Assembly: GCA_918797485.1 (NCBI GenBank)
Contig: CAKKNE010000004.1
Span: forward strand, 930,001-994,000
Reading direction: 5' to 3'
From: Pelagomonas calceolata
Lineage: Eukaryota
Length of the DNA: 64,000 nt
Below, one piece after another: positions 22,334 through 32,447 of the stretch; the first letter of the stretch is position 1, and every line of letters begins with the position of its first letter. The position numbers were made by a program, and so were the translations under genes. Below the pieces are notes generated by a model. It worked only from the letters and a program-made list of their open reading frames with translations. It was not told the DNA's origin and did no database searches.

Positions 22334-23160
22334 GCGAGGTCCAGATGCAGATGTTCACGTCCCGAGCGTGGGCAGCTCAAAGTACCCTTCTCGCGGTGTA
22401 GATGCCATATATTTGTAATTGACTATCGGTGGGTTAGTATGGGGTCCAACGAGACCGCTACGGCGATTACTGGGGGCCCTCGAGTAATTGACGTTTTTGC
22501 CGGGAACGGGGCGCCATCGGGTCCAAATTGCACACTTTTTTCGGGGGCGGATCGGCACTCGGACGCCCTCCGGGATAGGTCTGGGGTGGGGTGGTCGCCT
22601 ACGCCGCATGCGCCGATTCTTGGGGGCCTCCGAGGGCTCTGGAAGCCATTGCCAAGTAATTCAAGCCCGAGCGGCTTGGAGTGTTGAGAGAATTGGCTGA
22701 TAATCTCCCGAAGCGACGGCGTATGCGGTGTAGGCGACTAACCATGTATAGACCGACCCTAAACGACCCCAGGGAGACCTCTTGGGCAGGGATTGACAGG
22801 ATTAAACCGGAACGGCCGCCCTGGCTCATGCCGGCTCGTTGGCCGCGAATTAAAAAATTTCCTTTTTCGCCCCCCAGTACGTGCCCCATTGCTCTCTTTG
22901 GACCCTTAGCGAACGGAAAGGTACTCAAGCGCCTGCATGTAGTAGCTGCTTCCCCCCAAAACTAGTATGTCTCGCCTAGCCCGGTCACCGTTTCATTTGG
23001 AACCGAGCCAATTTTGCGCTGCATCGCGGTCATTGGGCCGAGCCAGAGGCGCACACAGTGGCTTCAAGGCTCTTTGTGCACAGCTCCGGCCGCGCAGCGC
23101 TTCACGCCGTCGTTTCACGCCCCCCAAACAGTCCACCGCCAGTTTGTCCGCAGCAACGCG

Positions 23161-23706
23161 ATGGCCTCCCAGCTCGCCATTACCGATGACTTGGTACGCA
23201 AAGCCCTCAAGAGCGGCGTGCGGAAGGATTTACAGGCCGCGGCCAAATCCGCCGGCATCAAAGCGAACGGGACGAACGTCGCCATGACAACCGCTCTGAA
23301 GGAATACATGGAAGCGCGCGCCGATGCTGCGCCCGTGCTCGAGGAGCCCGATTACGAAACATTCGCGGCGCACGCCGACGAAACTGCCGACGAGCCGGCC
23401 GCAGCGACGCCGATGGACAACAAGCCGCGCACGCCGGCCGAGTTCCCGTCCGCGACGCCCGAGGCCGACACGCCGGCGTCGTACCTGTCGCTGGGCATCT
23501 CTGGACTCAAGGACCCCAAGATGGAGTCGCCGGCGGTAGGCAACCTCGCGGCTTACTTAGATGATCTGAACGTCGAGGCGAGCCCGCGGCCGGCGCTGGG
23601 CGACGCGTCGAACGCGGAGTCGACGCCGGAGCCTGAGGTCGTCAAGCCGGCCATCGTCGCGACCGGCCCGGCCTCCGAGTGGCAAGGCACGCACGTGCGG
23701 TTCTAG
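23161..23706 (+). CDS. Hypothetical protein with SAP/NuSAP-like N-terminal motif and disordered tail
   Basis: RKDLQAAAKSAGIKANGTNVAMTTALKEY; ends WQGTHVRF. Confidence 0.7.
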   Translation: MASQLAITDDLVRKALKSGVRKDLQAAAKSAGIKANGTNVAMTTALKEYMEARADAAPVLEEPDYETFAAHADETADEPAAATPMDNKPRTPAEFPSATPEADTPASYLSLGISGLKDPKMESPAVGNLAAYLDDLNVEASPRPALGDASNAESTPEPEVVKPAIVATGPASEWQGTHVRF

Positions 23707-24002
23707 AGTGGCCCGGTCGCGGCACCTAGACTAGACTAAGATGAAGTTATTATCCGAGACACACGCATGGAGTCGTTCTTGATACCTTCGCGATCAGTCC
23801 GCGGCGACAGAGCTAGCATAGCGACACACTAGTTGTCTTGGCGGCGGCTGCTTTGCAAGAGCGCCTGGACGTGCATGCAGTTGTAGAGAGACAAGGCAAC
23901 GATTCACTGTGATCTCTACGCCAGCCGCGGCGCGAATCCGGAGCAAGCGGCTCGTCCTAGACCCAAGCAAGCCACTGGTTCCAAGCACAGCTGCCATCCA
24001 GA

Positions 24003-24674
24003 ATGAGGAGAAGCTACGCCGCGGCTCTGTGCGTCCAGCTCGCGACAGCACTGTTCGCCGGCCACCCCTCGAAAATTCCAGTAAAACCGGTGAACGTGGC
24101 CATCGAGCCCCCGCCCACGACGCTCGGCGGCCCCGCGGCCCCCAGGGCAAAACAGAACCTCGCGGAGGAATGGAATCTGGCGGATCGCGTGCGCGCGGCC
24201 TCCGTGCCCTCGCCGACCGATGGACGGCGCCACGTCGCCTGGCGGCGGCTCGCGCGCCAGAGCGGCGACGCCGCGGAAACGCTCCGGGCCCGCTGGGCCG
24301 CTTGCGGCCACCACGGCTCGCCGGTCCTGCCGTTACTGGAACCGTGGGAAATACAGGACGGCCTCGTCCGAGGCGCAGCGGACGGCGAGGCGGTGCAGCT
24401 CGCGCTGGCAGTAGGGGGCGGCGACGAATTGTTGTTAGGGGCCGGCGTCGTCGAGACGGCGTCCGGCGCGGCCTACGAGCTCGGCGCGCCGTCCGATTCC
24501 CAAATCGAGGCGTGGCGGCGGCCGGACATCGCGCTCCCTGTTGTTGACGCTCCCCAGATGGGCTGGGTCCAGGGCGCGGCGGGCATGGTCGCGGCGCCCA
24601 CCGCGCTCGCCGCTTTAGTGGTCGCCGCCGGCGTGCTGACGCACCACCTCCAGGTCCACGTCTTCGTCATCTAA
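24003..24674 (+). CDS. Hypothetical protein with presequence and C-terminal TM helix
   Basis: MRRSYAAALCVQLATA-LF; hydrophobic C-terminus. Confidence 0.65.
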   Translation: MRRSYAAALCVQLATALFAGHPSKIPVKPVNVAIEPPPTTLGGPAAPRAKQNLAEEWNLADRVRAASVPSPTDGRRHVAWRRLARQSGDAAETLRARWAACGHHGSPVLPLLEPWEIQDGLVRGAADGEAVQLALAVGGGDELLLGAGVVETASGAAYELGAPSDSQIEAWRRPDIALPVVDAPQMGWVQGAAGMVAAPTALAALVVAAGVLTHHLQVHVFVI

Positions 24675-24736
24675 GTCTCTTGCTTTATCTGCCCGGCCGG
24701 GGGCGAGACATCCCCTCCGGAGGACTCGTGACATGA

Positions 24737-25247
24737 CTAGGCCTTAGCGAACCCTAGGCCGTTCGCCTCCGCGTAGCGCTCCATGAACCGCATGAACCGG
24801 TCCCACTCGCCGGGGCTCTTCATCTCGTGGCGCACCAATAACCCCACGGGCTTCCCTTCCACGAAGCGCGCGGAGACGTTCGCCGTCGAGATCTCGCCCT
24901 CCTCGTCCTCCATCGTCATCGCCGTGATCGCTCCTTGCGGCACGTCCTCCTCGCGCTCGCAGTTGAAGAACGACGGCTTATCAAAATTGAACGTAGCGAC
25001 GCCGTTCTCGCCGTCCTTGGACCTGCGCGGCGACGGCGTTAGCCGGTGGCGTGTCAGGTGTGTGGACACTGCGTCGCCACCGCGTCAGCTTGACGTCCGG
25101 CACGTCCGGCTCATACAAGCCCTCGTAGAAACTGATGCCGGCGCTCGGTTTGACTGATGAGAAGAGCTTGACGGCGGCGCGGGGCGTGGTCGCCGGTGCG
25201 AAGGCTGCAGCACTGCTGACAAGGAGCCAAGTTAGAGATTGCCTCAT
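24737..25247 (-). CDS. psb28: Photosystem II assembly factor Psb28, nucleus-encoded; intron 25023-25080
   Basis: AAA-FAP presequence; [37 protein letters not shown]. Confidence 0.95.
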
Positions 25248-25376
25248 GATGGCCGTCGCAGCGCTGCGGACGAATTGTCAGCGGCAGCGCGTATGCGGTG
25301 CGTCGCTGCTCAGCGAGTTATGTGTGCAAGGGGGTGCAGGCTGCGCCACGACGCAGAGCTTTTCAACAAGCACGGG

Positions 25377-25396
25377 CTAGTGTCTTACACCGCTAG
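25377..25396 (+). promoter_or_regulatory. CTAG-bounded intergenic motif
   Basis: CTAGTGTCTTACACCGCTAG about 130 bp upstream of the psb28 ATG. Confidence 0.7.
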
Positions 25397-25472
25397 CTAA
25401 AGTCGCCGCACTAGTCCGCCCACTAGTCCTAGAACCGCAACATCCTAAAAAGAGAAAGACAAACACAACAAA

Positions 25473-27216
25473 TTACTCCTCAACAAGCACGGACGCCGTC
25501 TCGTTCACGAAGACACACTCCGAGAACGTCCCCAGCAGATGCCTAGGCAGCGACACATAGACGTTGACGCCGTCGCCGCGTGGCCTTCTGACAAACACGC
25601 ACACGACAGGCGCGATGGCGCCGTGGTCTAGTGCAACGGGCGGCCCACTGCCGAAGTCGACGGCGTCCCATTCAGCGCTCCAGGAGCTCATAATGAACGT
25701 AAGAGAATTCTCGTCGAAGCGCTTCCTTATTCTTTGTCGCATCTTCTGCGCGCCTCGAAAAAAGGCCCCTCGCGCCTGGACTCGGTCCGGGGTCCGCGTC
25801 GCCAGCAAGTCGGCTCGGAGCTTCCCGGCGACGGCGCCGACGCGCGCGCCCAGCAGCTCCTTCGCCGGCAGCTCCGTACATATATCTGTCGTGGCATTGC
25901 CCGCGTAGTCTTTTGACAGCCCCAGGACCTGGCGCACGTTCGCGGCTCGTAGACAACAAGTCGTTCCTGCCTTGGATATGGGCAAACCCAGTTGAGCCAG
26001 CCGGCACACAACTAATGCCCGCCAGACGCGGGCAGTCAAAACATCGTCCGTCGACGCGTACGGCTCACTAGACTCACCGGCCGCGGCTTTGAGCGCTGCG
26101 AGTGTCGAGGCGGGCAGCGGCAGCACACAACAGTCCTCCGTGCGGATCTTCTGCGCAACGCCCACGAACTCCGGAGGTTTCTCTGAAGGCGCCCAGCGCT
26201 CCGGTGCCTCTTCTTCTATAGTCGAGGCGGGCGCCCAGCGGTCCTGTCGTGGGGAGATGTCGCCGCCTCGCGCGCATCGAGACCACGCCCGCATGAACGC
26301 GACAATGCCCTCGATGTCCGTGATCGCGTGCTGGACAAGCACTCCGACGGCCGTGCCGTTATCGAAAAGCGTTATACGGATGCGGAGCAATGGTGTCGCC
26401 GCGAGACCGTCATCAGGATCCATGCCGGCCTTCGAGGGGACGTAGGCCTCGTGGGCGGTGCGTCTGATCACTTTTTTGCTAGTTGTGTGGACGTAGGCCT
26501 CCGCGAAGGGCGTCGTGCTTTGCCGGACCTCGACACGTACGGCGCCGCCGGGCTCGAGGCCGCTCCCGTCCCTGCGCGGACATCGAAGCCGTCGAGAAAA
26601 GCGGGGAATTGAAGGTTCAGACGCGGACCGCGCGCCGCGTGTAGCGCGCCGCGAAGTGCGGAAACGCTCGCAACGCGTCGCGCAGGGCGTCGACCAACTT
26701 CTGGGGCGGCAGCGCGTGCGCGAAGAACCAGGTGCAGGGGATGGCGCGGCCGCGGTTCGCCCAGTCCATCGGCGACAGCGCCAATTGAGCGTCGGAGTCG
26801 ATCGTCAGGACGTGTTCTTTCACAAGCACCGTTTCTGCGATTGACGCCTCCTCTTCCGCGAGGTAGTTCCTAGGCACGTACCCACAATCGTCGCCGCGCG
26901 TCGCGAAGATCCAGCCCGCGCCCGGGAGGAGCTCCTGTTGCACCACGAGGACGCGGTCGCCCGCGGTGAGGCCAAGCTCGACGCGCTCGACAGCCTCAAA
27001 CGCGCGGACCGCGCGCGCGCGACACAGGTCGCCGGTGCCCGGCTCCTCGCGCTTCCTCCAATAATTTTCGGTTTCCGTCAGCGGCCGCGCGGCCCTGGCC
27101 TCGGCCGCCGCTTTCGCTGCTGATAGTTTGTCGTCGAGTCGCGCCTCCTCCTCGGCGTCGCGCTGGTAGACATGGCCGCGCCAGGGGCTGTTGACCGGGG
27201 CGGGCACCCAGGCCAT
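25473..27216 (-). CDS. SH3 domain + BAHD-family acyltransferase fusion; GC-AG intron 26572-26635
   Basis: SH3: ARAVRAFEA..ELGLTAGDRVLV..GWIF..GYVPRNYL. BAHD: LSPMD, LRAFPHFAAR, HAITD (HxxxD), DFGSG. Confidence 0.8.
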
Positions 27217-27572
27217 CAGAGCTGTTGCCCGAGCACAGTTGTCCTGGAGCGCCTCGGCGGCGTGCAGCGTAGGCTCCGGCGCCACGAGAGCGCTGCGACA
27301 GACGCGTGCGTCTCTCGTGCTGCGGCGGAGTCTTCCTCGGGCAGCCCGGGGCAGCGCTGCCGGCGTGAGAGCTGCGCTCTGCCTGGAGAGCATCAGTGCT
27401 CTGCCCGGACAACTGGCCGCAGCGGTGCACTCTCGTCGGCGCAAACGCGTGCAGGCGGCCCCAGGACGCGACCGGAACGCCGCCGCGGCGTGGCTGCCCC
27501 CCCCGCGCCGGCGGCTGCCCGTGCAGCCCTCGCACTCATTTACCTGGGACGCCATCGACGCGGCGCCCGACC

Positions 27573-28385
27573 ATGGGCAAGAAGCGCAAGCGCCAGCGGC
27601 CCGCGGGCGAGACCTTCACCCTCGTCGATAATGGAGAAAACCTCCTGGAGGGCCTGGTGCTGCGCCGCGACGCCGTCACCGTCGCGGAGGAAGCGGAATT
27701 ATTAACCTTCATAAATGATGGGCTCGCGCGCGGCCGCAACGGTTCCATAAGGAAGCCTACGTATTTGAAGGCAGAAGGCGCGCGGTCGCGGGGCAACCGG
27801 CGCGAGTCGTTGCAATACGGAGGCTTCTTCGACTTCAATCGCGGGCGGCCGGGGAAGCGAGGGCTGGTGCCGCCGTTCCCACCCATTTTAGAGAGGCTCG
27901 TCGCGAATCTGGTGAAGCGCGGCTTCATCGACGCTTCATTAAACCCCGACTCGTGCATCATCAACAGCTACGCGCCGGGCGACTGCATCCCGCCGCACAC
28001 GGACCACGCGGCCTACGCGCGGCCGATCCTGACGCTGTCGCTGCTCGGCGAGGAGCCGATTCTGGTAGGACGGTCGTTCCGGTCCACACGCGCTTGTGCC
28101 TGGGAACCGATCGTCGGCCGGTCCGTGACGCTGCCGCGGCGATCATTATTATTACTCGGAGGCAACTCGGGCAGCGTCGCAAAGCACTGCGTCTCGGCCT
28201 GCGCCGGCCCCCGCGTCTCTATTACTTTGAGAAGACAACCCCCGGAAGACTGGCGCCCCGACGCGTCCGAACTTATCGGGGGAGAAACACACAAAAAGAG
28301 AAAGCCCCTCTCCGGCTCGGCGAAACGACGCAAGAAACGGGAGAAGCTCCTTACCCGGCGCACCGAGCCGTCTCGACGAACTTGA
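27573..28385 (+). CDS. AlkB-family 2OG-Fe(II) dioxygenase (ALKBH5/9-like)
   Basis: PDSCIINSYAPGDCIPPHTD (HxD), KHCV, RVSITLR. Confidence 0.85.
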   Translation: MGKKRKRQRPAGETFTLVDNGENLLEGLVLRRDAVTVAEEAELLTFINDGLARGRNGSIRKPTYLKAEGARSRGNRRESLQYGGFFDFNRGRPGKRGLVPPFPPILERLVANLVKRGFIDASLNPDSCIINSYAPGDCIPPHTDHAAYARPILTLSLLGEEPILVGRSFRSTRACAWEPIVGRSVTLPRRSLLLLGGNSGSVAKHCVSACAGPRVSITLRRQPPEDWRPDASELIGGETHKKRKPLSGSAKRRKKREKLLTRRTEPSRRT

Positions 28386-28788
28386 CGGCTGGTAAAAACC
28401 CGGCCTCGGCGGCCTGCTCGTAACATTCCTTGGCCTGTTCCACATCTCTCACGAAGCGGCCCTGCTCGTTGTAGAAGCCCGTCCACCAGAGCTGCGCGAG
28501 CGCGTGCGTCGCCGCCGGCAGTCCGGCGTCGGACGCCTTCTGGTAGTACTCGAGCGCTTCTCGATCTCTCCCTTGCTTTTGTAAGTAACAGCCGTAGTTG
28601 TGCAGCGCATTCACATTACCTGACGCAGCCGCGAGGCGGTACAATTCGGCGGCTTTATCGTCGTCGCGGTCCTGACCGATGCCCACGTCGCTCGACAGGC
28701 GGCTACCTAATTCACAGCGCGCCGCGGCGTCGCCCGCGTCGGCCAGCTCCTGGAGGAGGTTCTCGGCGATGGTCTTCGTGGCCGACAT
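28351..28788 (-). CDS. Sel1-repeat protein
   Basis: KAAELYRLAAASGNVNALHNYG, YYQKASDAGLPAA, CYEQAAEAG. Confidence 0.85.
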   Translation of the reverse strand: MSATKTIAENLLQELADAGDAAARCELGSRLSSDVGIGQDRDDDKAAELYRLAAASGNVNALHNYGCYLQKQGRDREALEYYQKASDAGLPAATHALAQLWWTGFYNEQGRFVRDVEQAKECYEQAAEAGFLPAVKFVETARCAG

Positions 28789-29182
28789 GATGGCTGCCCT
28801 TAGCTCGGTGGTTGTGGTCTACCCTCTGGCGTGGGACGCTTGTTGGTTGGGTGCCGAGGCGTGCGGACGATGCGAACCTGTCTGTATTCGGCTGCCCCTC
28901 GCGTTTCGCGTCGGAGACGGGCACAATAAATGGGAGGCGCTGCAGAGAGGACCCCGTACGACGAGCCACTAGGCTACAAGGCGTCTTTGGGCGGGAGAGC
29001 TCGTCTGGTATGCAACTCGAGGGCATCGTCGGAGCGCCACGAGGTCATTTCGAGGGCACGCCTCGCGGCCCCGGCTTCTCCAATCCCGGTGCACCCAGAG
29101 CTATCACGCCGCACGCCGGCTCAGACAGCGTTTCCGCAGTGCTTGCAAGCTCAGACCGTCGCTCGGGTCACGTCGATCAGCC

Positions 29183-30071
29183 ATGAAGCTCGTCGTTGCC
29201 CTCGCTTTGCCCGCGGCTGCGCTGCGGCCCGTTAAAGTCACGATGTCCGCAGCCCAGAACCGGCGCGCCTTCGTCATTGGAGGCACCGCGGCGGCGGCGG
29301 CTGCTGCGACGAAGGCCAACGCCTACTCCCTGCCTGATTTACCGTATGCCTACGACGCGCTCGAGCCGTCCATCGACGCCGCGACGATGAAGTTCCACCA
29401 TGGCGCGCGCCCGGCGTATCGAGACGTTGCATCGCGAGAGAGCGCAGCCCCACGCCGACGGCGCGACCCCTCGCAGACAAGCACCACGCGACCTACGTCG
29501 CCGGCATCAACGGCAAGCTCGACGAGAAGGACCAGCCGCCGATTGCCGACCTGATGAAGATCGTCCGCGTGCCCGCGTCCCCCGAACGCCTCACGCCCGT
29601 CACACCGAGCGCGCGCAGGCCAAGGACAAGGGCTACAACAACGCGGGCGGCGGCGTCTACAACCACGACATGTTCTGGCAGGCCATGGCGCCGAAGGGCA
29701 AAGGAGGCGCGCCGAGCGCCGCTTTGGCCGCGGCCATCGACAAGTCCTTTGGATCGATGGACAAGATGAAGGAGGAGTGGGAGGCGCTCGCCGCGCCGGC
29801 CTCGACCTTCGGGAGCGGCTGGGTCTGGCTCTACGTCAAGGGCAAGGACCTCAAAATGGGCAACACGCCGAACCAGGACAACCCGCTCATGAAGGGCGCG
29901 AACGTCGAGGGCATCCCCATTTTGGGCATTGACGTGTGGGAGCACGCGTACTACCTCAAGTACCAGAACCGCCGCCCGGAGTACGTCAAGGCCTTCTGGG
30001 ACGTCGTCAACTGGAACCAGGTGTCGGCCTGGTACGACGACGCGCTCGCCGGCAAGGCGCCCCAGTTCTGA
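29183..30071 (+). CDS. Mn/Fe superoxide dismutase (Mn-type signature), plastid-targeted; introns 29403-29476 and 29563-29618
   Basis: [39 protein letters not shown]; spliced length 759 nt. Confidence 0.95.
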
Positions 30072-30095
30072 GCTGTCCCCTCTAGTAACAACAGC

Positions 30096-31935
30096 TCACA
30101 CTTTAGGTTCCTCTAGTAGAGGTTTTCGCTCCTCGTCATCATTCGTGCCGCACGCGTCCCTTCCAAATGAGAGGACGCCGTCGCGGAGGAACGGCAGGCC
30201 GGCCACGATGAGTAGCGGCGACGTGAGCGAGAGCGCCAAAACGACGAGCCAGACGGTACGCGGGTCTGGAGCGGTATCAGTAAACCCTGGACACGCCGGA
30301 CAGGCCGCCGGGCAGCTAGGACTCAGCGCCGCCGCGCAGGTCCCACCGGCGGCCGACACGCACGCGTCACCGGCGGCGACGGCGCAGAATCGCCCGAGCT
30401 CGTCCCGGCAACCTGGACAGTTCGGATTGAACTCGCGGTTCAGCCAGCCCACGAGCACGGTGGACGGCCAGGCGAGGAAGAGGTCCTTCAGAGAGGCAAG
30501 CGCCAAGAACAGCCCTTCCCGGCCCGGCGGCGCGAGACTCACGGCCCAGGCCTGCTGGCGCGGACTCCACAGCACCTCGCCGGCCGTGAGCCAGGCTTCC
30601 CAGACGACAGCACCCGGCGCCGTCGGCGAGACGATCATCGCAATCGGAGACGTGGCCATGATCCACACGCCCGGCACGATGATTCTAAAGGCCTCGGAAT
30701 CAGAGGTGAACGCAGCAACAATAGGTGGCAGCAAGAAGCACCTGTGTGGAAATCAACCAGTGCGTCGGGTGCACCCGATAATTCTTTCGCATCGAGCAGG
30801 CGTCGCGTCGATGGCGAACGCGCCGTAAAATTTGATTCCACACAGAAAGCACCCCCACATACCGACGCTGTGCACGAGGAAGATGCCCCCGCCCTCGCCG
30901 AATTGTCTCTCCAGAAAGGGAGGCAGCAGTTGATCCACCTGCGTGGAAATCAAATTTCGGGCGCCCCACGCCATCGACGCGAGATGCCCACGTAACCGCG
31001 TCTGGTCGCAACCTAACTCACTGGTTGATTTCCACACAGGTCGCGACCTCGGTCCACTGCTTCGCGACGCCGAAGACAGCCAGCGACATCGCGACGACGC
31101 GCCAGATCTCCCGCGTGCGCAGCGTCGCCGCCACGTCGCTCCACTTGGCCGAGGGGCGCCCGCCCGCGTGGCTCGCGACGACGCGGAGAGTGGCCGCCTG
31201 GCGCGCGGCTTCTCGGGTTTGCCACGCGCGCCACGCTGTCAGGGAATAGCTCGTCGGTGGCGGCGCCGACGCCACGGGGCTGCCGTCGTCGGCCTCGACG
31301 ACGCTCTCGTCGCGGAGGTGGAGCGCGACCAAGAGCCACGACGCGCAGACGACGACGAAGGTGAGCACGAGGAACTGGCGCGTGGGCGTATAGACCTCGC
31401 CGAAGAGTAATGCGTCGCCGCGGCGGCGGAACGCGTCGATGCAGACGTCCGCGAGCGCTCCGGAGAGATTAAATGTTGCATATTCGACAGCAAACGCAAA
31501 GGCGCGCGTCTTGGGCGTCGTCAGCTTCTTCAGAGCGACGCGGTAGAGGCCCGTGGCGAGTAAAGCTTCCCCCGCCGGCGAGAAGAGATAGAACGCCGCG
31601 TGGATCGCCGTCCGAGACCGACCGAACGCGAGGAGCCCGCGACCGACGACGGACACGCTCAGCGCCGTCAGCGCGACGCGCCGTACCCCTACGGCGTCCG
31701 TCAGCACCGCGCCGATGAGTCCAAAAGCGACGTGCAGCGAGGCGGAAGTGCCCAGCACGCTCGCGGCCTCGAGGTCGTCGTGGCCGAACTCGTTCGTCAG
31801 GTAGAGCTGCTGGACGAATCGTAAGCCAAAACTACGGAAGGAGTTGAGGAACACGAGTAGCAGCACGAGCCGCACCGAGTTCGGCAATGCCGTGAACGCA
31901 ACCACATTATCGCGGAACTTGGCAGCAGCTGTCAT
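30096..31935 (-). CDS. MFS transporter (POT/PTR-like); introns 30939-31047 and 30742-30852
   Basis: Many TM helices, GAVLTDAVGVRR (motif A). Removing the two introner introns gives 1620 nt in frame. Confidence 0.85.
30742..30845 (-). mobile_element. TIR introner element
   Basis: CTGTGTGGAAATCAA...TTTGATTCCACACAG; flanks GTGCTTT / GTGCTTCT on the minus strand. Confidence 0.9.
30939..31039 (+). mobile_element. TIR introner element, inverted relative to host gene
   Basis: CTGCGTGGAAATCAA...TTGATTTCCACACAG; GT donor exactly 8 nt outside the element, but the two flanks no longer match well. Confidence 0.88.
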
Positions 31936-32447
31936 TGATCAAGATCCTCCCGTGTCCGGCGCGAACAGGCCGCGTCGCGCCGCGGAAGGCGCGGGAGCCG
32001 CCGGTGCAGGGCTGTGGTCGCAGCCTTTGCTTGCGGCGTACACGCAATAATAGATCTCCGTAGTGCGCTGTACGCAGAGAGATATGGTACTCCTTTAGTC
32101 GTGCACCAGCGCGTTGGGAGTCACGTCGCGCTGCCGCGCCGTGAGGTGGTCCAAATAGCCGCTGCCAGCTGCAGCTTTTTGGAGAGCGACAGCTTTGCAA
32201 AAAAGCCGACGCTGGCTCGCAGAGAGACTTCAGCGCTGCAGCATTGATCGATTCGTGCACGCACACGACGAACGCACCGCAGAACGCAAGCACGGGTCGC
32301 TGGCAAGCAGTGCAGCCACTTGCAGCAGCACCGCCTTGCACAGACTGCAGCCGCTTAACTGCGGCAGAGCGCCGCACGCCATCGACGCGTCACAAGGCCG
32401 TCGTACAGTTGCGCAAGCCGTCGCCGCGCCAAAAACAAAAACGCCAA

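Noticed and set aside
21508..22965. Short ORFs in the gene-free tract
   Set aside because: Mostly non-ATG starts, no codon bias and no recognisable motifs.
27217..27555. N-terminal ORF extensions (also 32244, 39325, 40089, 54080, 61225)
   Set aside because: They run through promoter or UTR sequence; downstream ATGs fit signal peptides, domain starts and motif spacing better.
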